Virus record (IMG/VR): IMGVR_UViG_3300018080_000234
Coordinates: 1-51,920 of that record
Origin: a virus
Taxonomy: Duplodnaviria > Caudoviricetes
Length of the DNA: 51,920 bases
Reading direction: 5' to 3' (one strand)
Below are positions 9,372 through 17,984 of the stretch, piece by piece. Position 1 is the first letter of the stretch. Each line of letters starts with the position of its first letter. Below the pieces are notes generated by a model that worked only from the letters and a program-made list of their open reading frames with translations, was not told the DNA's origin and did not search any database. Made by a program: the position numbers and the translations under genes.

Positions 9372-9788
9372 ATGAACGAGAAAAAAATAACATTTCGACT
9401 GTCCGAAAATCAATACGAGAGATTCCGCTCCGTTTTCCCCGAGGGGGCGGATCACCACATCGGCGGGGCATTCGTCTCGGAATGCCTGAACATGTTCCGC
9501 AACACCCTGCTGGAGCTGAAGGGCGTGTTCAACCGGGACGAAATCGGTGCTCTTGTTGACATAACGAATACGTGGTTGATGGATTTCTCGCAGTTCTCAG
9601 CCCGGCAAATGCTCCTGCACGAGCTGGAGGACTATTTCCGGTTGGAGCAGGGATCGGAATTTCCCCCTGAATTTCGGGAGAAAATAGAATCGCTAACGGA
9701 GTTTCAGGTATATGTACTTCTCCGCCAGATTAAGGCGGACTGGAAATCTGAGGATGTTGTCGGGGAATCGGAAAAATTGTTTTGCTGA
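9372..9788 (+). CDS. Hypothetical early protein, possible RHH-like N-terminus
   Basis: MNEKKITFRLSENQYERF N-terminus; RBS gaggag. Confidence 0.6.
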   Translation: MNEKKITFRLSENQYERFRSVFPEGADHHIGGAFVSECLNMFRNTLLELKGVFNRDEIGALVDITNTWLMDFSQFSARQMLLHELEDYFRLEQGSEFPPEFREKIESLTEFQVYVLLRQIKADWKSEDVVGESEKLFC

Positions 9789-9793
9789 AGATG

Positions 9794-9819
9794 TGCCCGC
9801 TCCGTGCGGGCGTTTTTTT
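9794..9819 (+). terminator. Rho-independent terminator
   Basis: GCCCGC-TCCGT-GCGGGC followed by G and T7. Confidence 0.8.
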
Positions 9820-9854
9820 CTTGACTTTTGCCGATATTGGGCAATCATGAACGC

Positions 9855-11447
9855 ATGAATCCCGCCGATATTCAGCGAAAAATCAATTCAGCATCAGTCC
9901 CCGCGTTCGCATACGACCGCGTTTCCACGTCCTCTCAGGCGGAGGAGGGGATATCCCTCGCCTACCAGGAGACACAGGCCGAGCAATATGCACAGAGAGC
10001 CGGTATCGAGATCGTCCATTTTTTCACTGTTGCCGAGAGTGCGCGATCCTCGGAGCGACGGAAGATGTTCCGGGAGATGATCGAGGCCGCGCGGAATTTT
10101 GGAGTCCGCCACCTGATATTCAAAAACGTTGATCGGATGTCGCGGAATTACGCCGATCTGGTCCTCATCGAGCAGCTTATCGACGAGGAGGGTTTTCACG
10201 TCCACTTCTACCAGAACAATAAAATGCTCAATGCCGATAGCAATCACAACGACCGTTTCATCCTCGGTATCGAGATAGCCGTTGCGAAGCAGCTCTCGGA
10301 CAAGCTCTCCCACGACATGCGCGAGGTACATCGGCACAAGGTAAGGCATGGCATCATGCCCGGGCGATCTCTCGGATATACCTATGACAGGGACACGAAG
10401 CGACACATGATCGATCCCGAGACAGAGGAAATGCTCCGTTATCTTTTCGATACGTTCGACAACGAGAAAATCTCCGTTGCCGAAATGACGGACAGAATGA
10501 ATCAGCGCGGGTATTGCACCAGCACCGGCCGCCCCTGGCATAAGTCGATTACCCACCGGCTCTTATCGTCACCCGTGTATTGCGGCATGTTCGAATACCG
10601 GGGGGAAATATTCGAGGGTGTTCACCAGGCCTTTTACCCTGCCGAGAGATACTACTCCCGTCGGTGCCGGCTGGACATGAAATATACCGGGACCCGGAAG
10701 CGCAATTACGAATTCCTCCTCGCGGGGCTCTTGCAATGTCAGGGAAAAACCTTAACCGGAGAGGTAAAGAAAAATAAATATATCTACTACACCAACCGAT
10801 TCAACGGGGCCTCGTTTCGCCAAGAGGATATATTTCGCTGGATTGATGCCGATATTGAATCAATACAATTTTCCCCGAATTTCGCGGAGTACATCAAGGA
10901 GCTTTTCCGCGAGTCGGTACAGGAGCAGGAGCAGGGAAACAGGCATGTCATCGGCGCCGTGAACCGGCAGATCTCCAAAATCCGCGTGCGGATTGACAGG
11001 CTGCTCGATCTTTATGTCGATGGCGATGTTGACCGCGAATCGCTGACCCGGAAAGTGGATCTCTACAGAAGGGAAATCTCACGCCTGCAGGAAAACCGAA
11101 AACGGGCAGAGCTCGATAAGGCGAAATTCATACTCAAATCTGCGGACATAGTCGATCAGATTCAGAAATTCCCCGCACTCTGGCAGAACAGCACACCCGA
11201 GGAGAAGGCGGAACTTCTCCCCATCATGGCGACCCACGTCACCATTGAAAACGAGCGGGCCTCCGTCGCCTGGCGGAAGCCCTTCTCAATAATCCTCATC
11301 CCCGAACTCATTGATCACGCCCAAAAAGTTCGGAAATTTCACAACAACCTCCACGAATGGGACGATTTCCGAACTCTGATCCCAGAGTGCGAGGATCTGG
11401 TTTTTTCCCGCATTTCCCCGGAACTGCAATTTTTTGTTGCCGCGTAA
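9855..11447 (+). CDS. int: Large serine recombinase (integrase)
   Basis: YDRVSTSSQ catalytic Ser motif, ESARS..R..F, DRMSRN, recombinase domain (GY.Y...; LLSSPVYCG), coiled coil; ~530 aa. Confidence 0.92.
   Translation: MNPADIQRKINSASVPAFAYDRVSTSSQAEEGISLAYQETQAEQYAQRAGIEIVHFFTVAESARSSERRKMFREMIEAARNFGVRHLIFKNVDRMSRNYADLVLIEQLIDEEGFHVHFYQNNKMLNADSNHNDRFILGIEIAVAKQLSDKLSHDMREVHRHKVRHGIMPGRSLGYTYDRDTKRHMIDPETEEMLRYLFDTFDNEKISVAEMTDRMNQRGYCTSTGRPWHKSITHRLLSSPVYCGMFEYRGEIFEGVHQAFYPAERYYSRRCRLDMKYTGTRKRNYEFLLAGLLQCQGKTLTGEVKKNKYIYYTNRFNGASFRQEDIFRWIDADIESIQFSPNFAEYIKELFRESVQEQEQGNRHVIGAVNRQISKIRVRIDRLLDLYVDGDVDRESLTRKVDLYRREISRLQENRKRAELDKAKFILKSADIVDQIQKFPALWQNSTPEEKAELLPIMATHVTIENERASVAWRKPFSIILIPELIDHAQKVRKFHNNLHEWDDFRTLIPECEDLVFSRISPELQFFVAA
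11327..11375. other. Putative attP inside the integrase 3' end
   Basis: Perfect 11-bp inverted repeat AGTTCGGAAAT / ATTTCCGAACT with 27-bp spacer (49 bp total), the usual size of a serine-integrase attP. Confidence 0.6.
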
Positions 11448-11485
11448 GGGGAAAATTAATATTTTAATTTTAAAAGGAGAGAATC

Positions 11486-11842
11486 ATGAAAAAAATAATT
11501 TTTACTGCATGTATCGCATTGTTTTTCATTGCGGGGTGCGAGTATTTCGAAGAAGATACTTTCACCGTGTATTACCTGGTTTCCGGCGAGACGCAAAACG
11601 CAGAAATTCGTTATCTTGACGAAGATGAAACAGAACAGGCCATAACGAAAAGTTTTGGAGATTGGGAGTATTCTTTTACGTCAACACACGGGCGTGTCAA
11701 CTATTTTGTCAACGTGGTGGTGTATGACGGCAAACAGGTTGACGTGTATGTTAAAAAAAGCACTCGTGACTGGTTTGTGTCGTGTGATGATGAGTGTGGT
11801 ATAAATACTGTTTGTGGTGTGACGGTAAAGATAGAGTTGTAA
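11486..11842 (+). CDS. Lipoprotein (possible superinfection exclusion/moron)
   Basis: MKKIIFTACIALFFIAG-C lipobox; RBS aaggag; AT-rich upstream region. Confidence 0.7.
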   Translation: MKKIIFTACIALFFIAGCEYFEEDTFTVYYLVSGETQNAEIRYLDEDETEQAITKSFGDWEYSFTSTHGRVNYFVNVVVYDGKQVDVYVKKSTRDWFVSCDDECGINTVCGVTVKIEL

Positions 11843-12092
11843 ATGGGTTGATATTTTTTTAATTCATTATGAGACATAATCCCGATCTGGAGGATATGAA
11901 CTCACTCTACAGTATACGTCAAACACTTTTTGATTTCAACTGGATAATAAAAATTGACTGAAGAAAAAACCAATGAAACAATCTGTCAGAAAAAAAAGAT
12001 CGGGGTGCGGTGATGGAAGATAAAGAGAAGGAGATTCTTGCCAGAATCATCAAAAAATTGAAGACATTATCAAAAATTCTTGAAACTAAAAA

Positions 12093-12272
12093 TTAGCCCT
12101 TCTTTAATAACGATTTAAGGCCATCGGCAATAGCTGCCCCAGAGATAAACACAGCACTTATCAGAAATAGGATAAATGATTCAATTTCATGAATCGCGCT
12201 TTCCGCTCTAAGCAAAACCAGGAAACCGAAAAGTCCAACAGCCAAACCGAGAGTTAATAAAATTATACTCAT
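12093..12272 (-). CDS. Small two-TM membrane protein co-transcribed with the repressor
   Basis: 59 aa read manually (MSIILLTLGLAVGLFGFLVLLRAESAIHEIESFILFLISAVFISGAAIADGLKSLLKKG); ATG overlaps the repressor stop. Confidence 0.55.
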   Translation of the reverse strand: MSIILLTLGLAVGLFGFLVLLRAESAIHEIESFILFLISAVFISGAAIADGLKSLLKKG

Positions 12273-12619
12273 TGATTTATCTCCTTTTGCTTGTAATTAA
12301 TTAACAATTCTATTTGTCTTTCAAATAATTCCAAAAGTTCGTATCTTATTTGAGGCTCAAATTCCTGTATCGTTTTTACAAGATTTAAATATTCTTCGGG
12401 TATATTATATATTTTGCTTAACTCCTTTTTATCTATAAAAAATTCCCATACGTCTTTATCGATAGCCTTGCAGATTAGCTCTATTTTTCTAAGCAGTGGA
12501 TAACTTTTTGCAGTTAATTGAGATATGTTTGCAGGGGTAACTCCAATCCTTCTGGCAACCTCTGCAGGACTGAGCCCGCTTTCGTCAATAATCTCTTTAA
12601 GTCTCTCTCCGTAATCCAT
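12269..12619 (-). CDS. CI-like XRE/HTH repressor
   Basis: LKEIIDESGLSPAEVARRIGVTPANISQ HTH; divergent from the early lytic operon. Confidence 0.85.
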   Translation of the reverse strand: MDYGERLKEIIDESGLSPAEVARRIGVTPANISQLTAKSYPLLRKIELICKAIDKDVWEFFIDKKELSKIYNIPEEYLNLVKTIQEFEPQIRYELLELFERQIELLINYKQKEINQ

Positions 12620-12662
12620 GCAACATATATAATAATGATATGCACATCGGAAAACAAAAAAA

Positions 12663-12748
12663 TTAACGTTTTGTTAAAAAAAATTGTTGACGAATTAACA
12701 GTTTGTAATTACATTAACACATAAGTTAAGACATTAACAAAGTGTTAA
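12663..12748. promoter_or_regulatory. Lysis/lysogeny switch: TTAAC-N5/6-GTTAA operators and rightward promoter
   Basis: Palindromes at 12663-12677, 12695-12709 (imperfect), 12714-12729, 12734-12748; TTGACG(12687)-17 bp-TACATT(12710). Confidence 0.65.
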
Positions 12749-12759
12749 GAGGGTTAAAA

Positions 12760-12918
12760 ATGGATAAAACAAGTCTTTCCCTTTATGTTCTCCCTACCGA
12801 CAAAAACGAATTTGAGCGAATAGTTCAAGAAGAAAAATCGCGGGAGCGAAGGCGAACCATCGGCGACATATTTCATGATATGATTGAGACATATAAGCAG
12901 CGTGCCGAGGCCAATTAA
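12760..12918 (+). CDS. Small DNA-binding protein in cro position (possible ribbon-helix-helix)
   Basis: 52 aa read manually (MDKTSLSLYVLPTDKNEFERIVQEEK...); first gene divergent from the repressor; TAATG coupling to the next gene. Confidence 0.5.
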   Translation: MDKTSLSLYVLPTDKNEFERIVQEEKSRERRRTIGDIFHDMIETYKQRAEAN

Positions 12919-13388
12919 TGCAATCAATATCGCTTGCATCTGTCAGGTTGAGTGCTCGGCCTACCTCTGATTCCGATGCACGCCGGATCGCCATTATTGC
13001 AACTGATGAATTCCTGAAAGCGAATGGTATTGAATACGTCCACCAGGCGTATTTCTTCGAGCAAACAATATACCAATCAGCAAAACGACTGCAGCTTACC
13101 TGCGATGCGCATGATGAGGAGATCCGGCTCAACCAGCTTCAATTTGAACTCAAACGTCGCAGAATACCTCACAACGAAATCAATCCACTGAAGCTAATAT
13201 CGGAAGCCCTCACACGGGAGGAGTACCGGGGTGAATACATAGACATCAAGCCGGCAGGAGGGAGCGGTGGCGAAAAGCCTGAACGAATTCATAACAGAGG
13301 AAACACTCGTCAAATTTCTCGAAATAAGCAAGTCGAAACTCTATCGACTAAGGACAGTAGAAGGGTTGCCGTTCATAAAGCTCGGTGA
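12918..13388 (+). CDS. Hypothetical protein
   Basis: 156 aa ORF translationally coupled to the preceding ORF. Confidence 0.55.
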   Translation: MQSISLASVRLSARPTSDSDARRIAIIATDEFLKANGIEYVHQAYFFEQTIYQSAKRLQLTCDAHDEEIRLNQLQFELKRRRIPHNEINPLKLISEALTREEYRGEYIDIKPAGGSGGEKPERIHNRGNTRQISRNKQVETLSTKDSRRVAVHKAR

Positions 13389-13470
13389 CAAGGTTGTTTA
13401 CCACGAACCATCGGTTGTTGAGTGGTTAAAGGGCAAACAGGAAATTTTAGTCTCGGACGTTGACGAATGA
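13267..13470 (+). CDS. Excisionase/AlpA-like HTH protein (candidate recombination directionality factor)
   Basis: LEISKSKLYRLRTVEGLPFIKLGDKVVY...VVEWL pattern. Confidence 0.75.
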   Translation: MAKSLNEFITEETLVKFLEISKSKLYRLRTVEGLPFIKLGDKVVYHEPSVVEWLKGKQEILVSDVDE

Positions 13471-13861
13471 CGACAAATGACGACAAACGGTATCTCTGGG
13501 ACTGCAACTGACTTCACCTGACTGCATATGACGACGTGATTTTGAAAAACGATGAATACCATTGGAAATGAATAAAATGCCTAAAAACTACCCGATAAAG
13601 CCCGATCCCGTCAAAATGCGGGAACTTGAAAAAAACGGCGAGAGGAAGGCCGTCCGGGAGCTATTTGACGCAATCTCTCGCATAGAAAAACAGCACAACA
13701 GTCGGGGTATCGTTTACGAGCGGGATCCCGATGGCAACTACCACGCCGTACACAGGAGAAAGCAATGATAACAGCCCTTATTGAATCCCTTCGCCTCGAA
13801 AGAGAGATGGAAGAGGCGATAATACAGGCATTGAATAAAATAATTAAGAGGGAGGAACGTA

Positions 13862-14074
13862 ATGATAACGGTATCGAAAATAGCTGAGGCCGATGGGTAT
13901 GAAATATTTTTCGGCGATCACGGGAAATTCCTGTATCGCCCGAAGAAGGGCGGGACCAAACCGATCAACGGAAAACGTCTCATGAAAACCGATCAGGGCC
14001 CCATGCCCGAACTCTGTCAGGAGTCGGTCGCAAAGCTCCTGCAGGAGATGTATGAAAAAATATCAGGGAGGTAA
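13862..14074 (+). CDS. Hypothetical protein
   Basis: RBS ggagga, 70 aa. Confidence 0.5.
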   Translation: MITVSKIAEADGYEIFFGDHGKFLYRPKKGGTKPINGKRLMKTDQGPMPELCQESVAKLLQEMYEKISGR

Positions 14075-14077
14075 GCA

Positions 14078-14242
14078 ATGTACGTCTACATTCAAACCGA
14101 GCCAAAGCTCTGGACAGTTGGTTTTTATAAGCCCGATGGGCGATTTGAGCCAGAGTCAGATCACGAAAGCCCCAGCGCAGCCGCAAGCAGGGTTAATTAC
14201 CTCAATGGGGGGATAAGCAGTACAGGAGATCGCAATGGCTGA
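14078..14242 (+). CDS. Small phage protein
   Basis: Read manually: MYVYIQTEPKLWTVGFYKPDGRFEPESDH...AASRVNYLNGG; RBS ggagg. Confidence 0.55.
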   Translation: MYVYIQTEPKLWTVGFYKPDGRFEPESDHESPSAAASRVNYLNGGISSTGDRNG

Positions 14243-15011
14243 AAAGAAAAACATAACTACGGCGGTGGCGAAGCCGAAAGCAAAGCCACCTGCAAAAACC
14301 AAAATCCAGAAATTCGATCCGCAAGCATTAATCGCAACCGCTATCGAGAAGGGCATGGATGTCGCAGTACTGGAAAAACTTCTGAACATGCGGGAGCGAA
14401 TAGTCCGCGAGGATGCCGAACGACAATTCCGCGAGGCGATGAGCGCGTTTCAGGCCGAACTACCGGTGATAAAAAAGCAAAAGTCGGTGATGAACAAGCC
14501 CGAGAAGGGGGGCGGACTCAGATACAAATATGCAACAATCGACGAAATTATGAAACAGGTGCAGCCGTATATCGGCAAGCACAATCTCTCCTATGATATC
14601 GAGACATCGCGCGTTGACGGCGGCATTATGGCAACGGTGATTGTGTTTCATGTTGCCGGGCACTCGAAAAAAAGCAGTTTCGCCGCGCCCGTCGATCCCG
14701 AGGCATACATGACGGCACCGCAGAAATGGGCGGCCGCGCGGACGTTTGCCGTCCGGTATGCATTCATGGACGCTTTCGGGATTGTTACTGGCGATGAGGA
14801 TACCGATGCCGCAGATGTCGGCAGCGGCGATACGGGCGCCATGCGGGAAAAACTCAATGCCCTTTCTCCCGACGCACAGGAGGGGCTCCGCATTCTCGGG
14901 TACGGCGTCAAGGCTGCACATATGTTCTGCGAGAAATTCGGATGGGATGAGAGAAAAATCTTGCACGAGATCCAGAAAATAGTCGATGGCAGGAATGCGA
15001 ATGCAAGCTGA
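14235..15011 (+). CDS. ERF-family ssDNA annealing protein
   Basis: AMSAFQAELPVIKK...YKYATIDEI...Q..AAARTFAVRY...FGIVTGDEDTDA motifs. Confidence 0.85.
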   Translation: MAEKKNITTAVAKPKAKPPAKTKIQKFDPQALIATAIEKGMDVAVLEKLLNMRERIVREDAERQFREAMSAFQAELPVIKKQKSVMNKPEKGGGLRYKYATIDEIMKQVQPYIGKHNLSYDIETSRVDGGIMATVIVFHVAGHSKKSSFAAPVDPEAYMTAPQKWAAARTFAVRYAFMDAFGIVTGDEDTDAADVGSGDTGAMREKLNALSPDAQEGLRILGYGVKAAHMFCEKFGWDERKILHEIQKIVDGRNANAS

Positions 15012-15555
15012 TCGGACATACATACACGAGGGGAAAAATCTTCCGCACGTGACGGACATCATACCGCGTCCTGAATTCTATTGCACGCCCGAGCAGCTTG
15101 AGAACGCGAGGCTCGACGGTGTTGAGAATCACGCGATGGTGAAACTGTATTTCGACACCGGCGACACCTATGACGATCCGTATCTGATCGCGTTCGACAA
15201 GTGGCTGAGGGAGAATAGCCCGATCCTCGGAGAACTGATCACGTATGAGGAATTAATGGTTTCCTCAAAACGCCTGTTCGTCGGGCAGCCCGACATGATA
15301 TTCAAAAAGGCCATTGTCGATCTCAAGAGAAATTTCGGCAATGTGAAAATCCATTCCCTGCAATTGGCAGGGTATTCGATCCTCGCCCGAGAGAGGGGGA
15401 TCGCGAAAACGAAAACATGGATCATAGTCTGGGAGCAAAATGGGAAATTCAAATCCCGAAACGTGTACGATCCGAGAGCCGAGGAAATATTTCTCGCCTG
15501 TTTGCAGAAATTCAAGCTCGAACAGGCAATCGAATTGTACATGAAATCGACGTAA
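14986..15555 (+). CDS. PD-(D/E)XK exonuclease (recombination partner of ERF)
   Basis: PHVTDII...E...FVGQPD...IVDLK...LQLAGY motif. Confidence 0.75.
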   Translation: MAGMRMQADRTYIHEGKNLPHVTDIIPRPEFYCTPEQLENARLDGVENHAMVKLYFDTGDTYDDPYLIAFDKWLRENSPILGELITYEELMVSSKRLFVGQPDMIFKKAIVDLKRNFGNVKIHSLQLAGYSILARERGIAKTKTWIIVWEQNGKFKSRNVYDPRAEEIFLACLQKFKLEQAIELYMKST

Positions 15556-15566
15556 AAGGAGGACGC

Positions 15567-16265
15567 ATGGAAGAGCAAGAATTGAAACAGGAGATCGTGA
15601 AGGCCGATGAGCAGATTCAGGCGCTCGTCGTCAATTCTCCCGAAACATTTGAGGAGGCCGGGCGGGTGGTGATATCGCTGGACGACCTGATCAAGAAAAT
15701 CAAAAAATACTGGAAAGAGCCGAAAGAAAAAGCATTTCAGGCCCACAAAGCGATCACGCAGAGGGAGAAGGAGATGCTGAAGCCGGTCGAGGATCGCCGC
15801 CGAGTTGCGCAACAGCGCATTTCCGCATATCTCACCGAGCAGGAGCGGAAGCGCCAGGAAGAGCAGCGCAAGCTCGACGCAGAGCGCAAGGCGAAAGAGG
15901 ATCGGGAGAAGGCAAAACTTGAGCGCCGTGCCGAAAAGGCCGAGGAGTCCGGAAACGCCGAAAAGGCCGAGGAACTTCGCGAGAAAATTGACGACATCTT
16001 TGTCGCACCGGCCATCGTCGAACCTACCATCGAGAAAACGACACACACCGACGCCGGAACCATCTCGCAGAAAAAAGACGTTGATATCCGTGTCACCGAT
16101 CCGATGGCGATATTCAGGGGCATTGCCGAGGGGCGGATCCCCGCGAACGTGGCGGTGATAAACGAGAGCAAGTTGAAGCAATTTATCAAACTCCAGGGGA
16201 TCGCAAAACTTGACGGCTGCGACATTCAGGAAGTCGTGAAAACTCAATTCAGGAGGGCAATATAG
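15567..16265 (+). CDS. Coiled-coil phage protein in recombination module
   Basis: EK/R-rich coiled coil, C-terminal INESKLKQFIK..G..LDGC; RBS aggagga. Confidence 0.6.
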   Translation: MEEQELKQEIVKADEQIQALVVNSPETFEEAGRVVISLDDLIKKIKKYWKEPKEKAFQAHKAITQREKEMLKPVEDRRRVAQQRISAYLTEQERKRQEEQRKLDAERKAKEDREKAKLERRAEKAEESGNAEKAEELREKIDDIFVAPAIVEPTIEKTTHTDAGTISQKKDVDIRVTDPMAIFRGIAEGRIPANVAVINESKLKQFIKLQGIAKLDGCDIQEVVKTQFRRAI

Positions 16266-16516
16266 TGCAGATCGGAGCTTGTTGGATCAAACAGACACAG
16301 GATGGGCAGTCGTATCTGTCCTGTCAAATTCAGGTACCATTACTAACAATCAATTTCGCTTTATTCAAGGCGAAGGAGAAAAAATCGGCGAATTCCCCGG
16401 ACTACAACATTATCTGGAGTGTGCCACGGAAAAAAACTGAAGCAGTATCGTCCTACAGTCCGTTCGAGTCCTACAATCCGTTCGACGATAGTGCCGTGCC
16501 GACGGGGGGGCGATGA
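16265..16516 (+). CDS. DUF736-like ssDNA-binding protein
   Basis: IGACWIKQTQDGQSYLS...EKKSANSPDYNI pattern with acidic C-terminal tail (PFDD). Confidence 0.6.
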   Translation: MQIGACWIKQTQDGQSYLSCQIQVPLLTINFALFKAKEKKSANSPDYNIIWSVPRKKTEAVSSYSPFESYNPFDDSAVPTGGR

Positions 16517-16696
16517 TGTACCATTTTAGGCCAAATTACGCAGAACTCCACCGCATGAATGAACATATCATGGGGCGGGGATACCTTAAAGATCGGGATT
16601 ATTACAAGCGTCGCGATCAGGAGCTGGCGGAAGCCGAACGGCTGAGGAAGCCAGCTGACTGCGGTATACAGCAGTCGGGAAGGGGAGGGGAATAAT

Positions 16697-16765
16697 GGGC
16701 AGGTTGAATCCGGCAACCTGGCTAATCCACAAAGCACAGCCGGGGTTCAATTCCCCGGCTGCCCG
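16697..16765 (+). ncRNA. tRNA-like element / degenerate tRNA upstream of tRNA-Thr
   Basis: GGGCAG/CTGCCC closing stem, CGGGG-TTCAATT-CCCCG T-arm; D and anticodon arms non-canonical. Confidence 0.4.
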
Positions 16766-16769
16766 AAAA

Positions 16770-16842
16770 GCCGGTGTAGCTCAACTGGTAGAGCGACTGA
16801 TTTGTAATCAGTTTGTTGGGGGTTCAATTCCTCTCGCCGGCC
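16770..16842 (+). tRNA. tRNA-Thr(TGT)
   Basis: GCCGGTG acceptor / CGCCGGC, D-arm GCTC..GAGC, anticodon arm ACTGA-TTTGTAA-TCAGT, T-arm GGGGG-TTCAATT-CCTCT. Confidence 0.92.
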
Positions 16843-17201
16843 AATGCCCGTGAGGGCTGTAAATTAAAATTTTCTGGTAAGGGTGGAGATCCTAAATGTC
16901 CGTTTTCGTCAAGCCACCGCGAATGACTATCAGGAAAGACTGACAAGGGCGGTGTCCATGCCTAAACTCACCATAGGCAACAAGCTGGGGGATTCTCTCA
17001 CTTGCCCCCAGCCTCCGCCCGCTAAAAAAATTCACAAAGGAGGTAATCAGGTTCTGGAAAAGTACTATTCGGCGGGCGACATTTGCCCGCCCGCAATCAT
17101 AAATATTTTTTTTCAGTGAAATGAAATTTGAAATTGAGGACTTTGAAAAACCTTAACGAAACTATACAAAATACAGATTATGTCGCATAAGGAATTGTGA
17201 G

Positions 17202-17984
17202 ATGGCAGAGGCTAAATATCGATATTTACAAACATCGTTCTGGACTGATGTTGATATCATTGATGAGTTCACACCTGAAGACAGATATTTTTACACTTAC
17301 TTGCTCACCAACCCGCACACGAGTCAATGTGGAATATACGAAATATCATATAAGCACATGGAAACGGAAACCGGATATAACAAGGATACGATAAATAACA
17401 TGATCAACAGATTTGAGACGGTGCACAAAAAAATAAAATATAACCCGGACACTAAAGAAATTGCCATAAAAAATTGGCCTCGATACAACTATACAAACTC
17501 ACCAACCGTCCAAAAATGTATAATAAATGAGCTTGAAAAAGTCAAGGATCGGTCATTAATTCAGTTTTTGGAATACCCTATCAATACCCTATCGATACCC
17601 TATTTTCCAGAGCGACCCCAAAAAGAAAAAGAAAAAGAAAAAGAAAAAGAAAATAATAAATATATTGTCGATCTCCTCGAATACTGGAACTCCCTCGAAA
17701 TACGCATACACCAACCCGAAGTTGCAATTCGATACGTTGAAAAACGGCATAGGGAAAATATTGAATTTTGGGGCACCGAAAAAATTCGTGAAGCAATGAA
17801 AAACTACAGCGAGGTGCTCGAGAGAAGCGATTTTTTTCACTACCGGTGGTCATTTTGGGACTTCATAGGGCGCAAAAATGCGATACCGAATTTCGTTTCC
17901 GAGGCTGATCCGATTGGCAATTTCTGCGACAAAGACAGATCGAAGGTTTTGAAATATTTGAAAGAGAAGGGTATGGCAAAATGA
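17202..17984 (+). CDS. Replication initiator (replisome organizer/DnaD-like)
   Basis: YRYLQTSFWTD...FTPEDRYFYTYLLTNPHT..CGIYEIS wHTH N-terminus; central KEKEKEKE linker encoded by GAAAAA tandem repeats (candidate origin). Confidence 0.78.
   Translation: MAEAKYRYLQTSFWTDVDIIDEFTPEDRYFYTYLLTNPHTSQCGIYEISYKHMETETGYNKDTINNMINRFETVHKKIKYNPDTKEIAIKNWPRYNYTNSPTVQKCIINELEKVKDRSLIQFLEYPINTLSIPYFPERPQKEKEKEKEKENNKYIVDLLEYWNSLEIRIHQPEVAIRYVEKRHRENIEFWGTEKIREAMKNYSEVLERSDFFHYRWSFWDFIGRKNAIPNFVSEADPIGNFCDKDRSKVLKYLKEKGMAK

Noticed and set aside
15168-16247. 359-aa minus-strand ORF and similar antisense ORFs (e.g. 9894-10556, 14460-15062, 27576-28163)
   Set aside because: They shadow well-supported + strand genes and have no motifs or RBS.
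17621-17652. GAAAAA tandem repeat as an independent element
   Set aside because: Encodes the KEKEKEKE linker typical of phage replication initiators.
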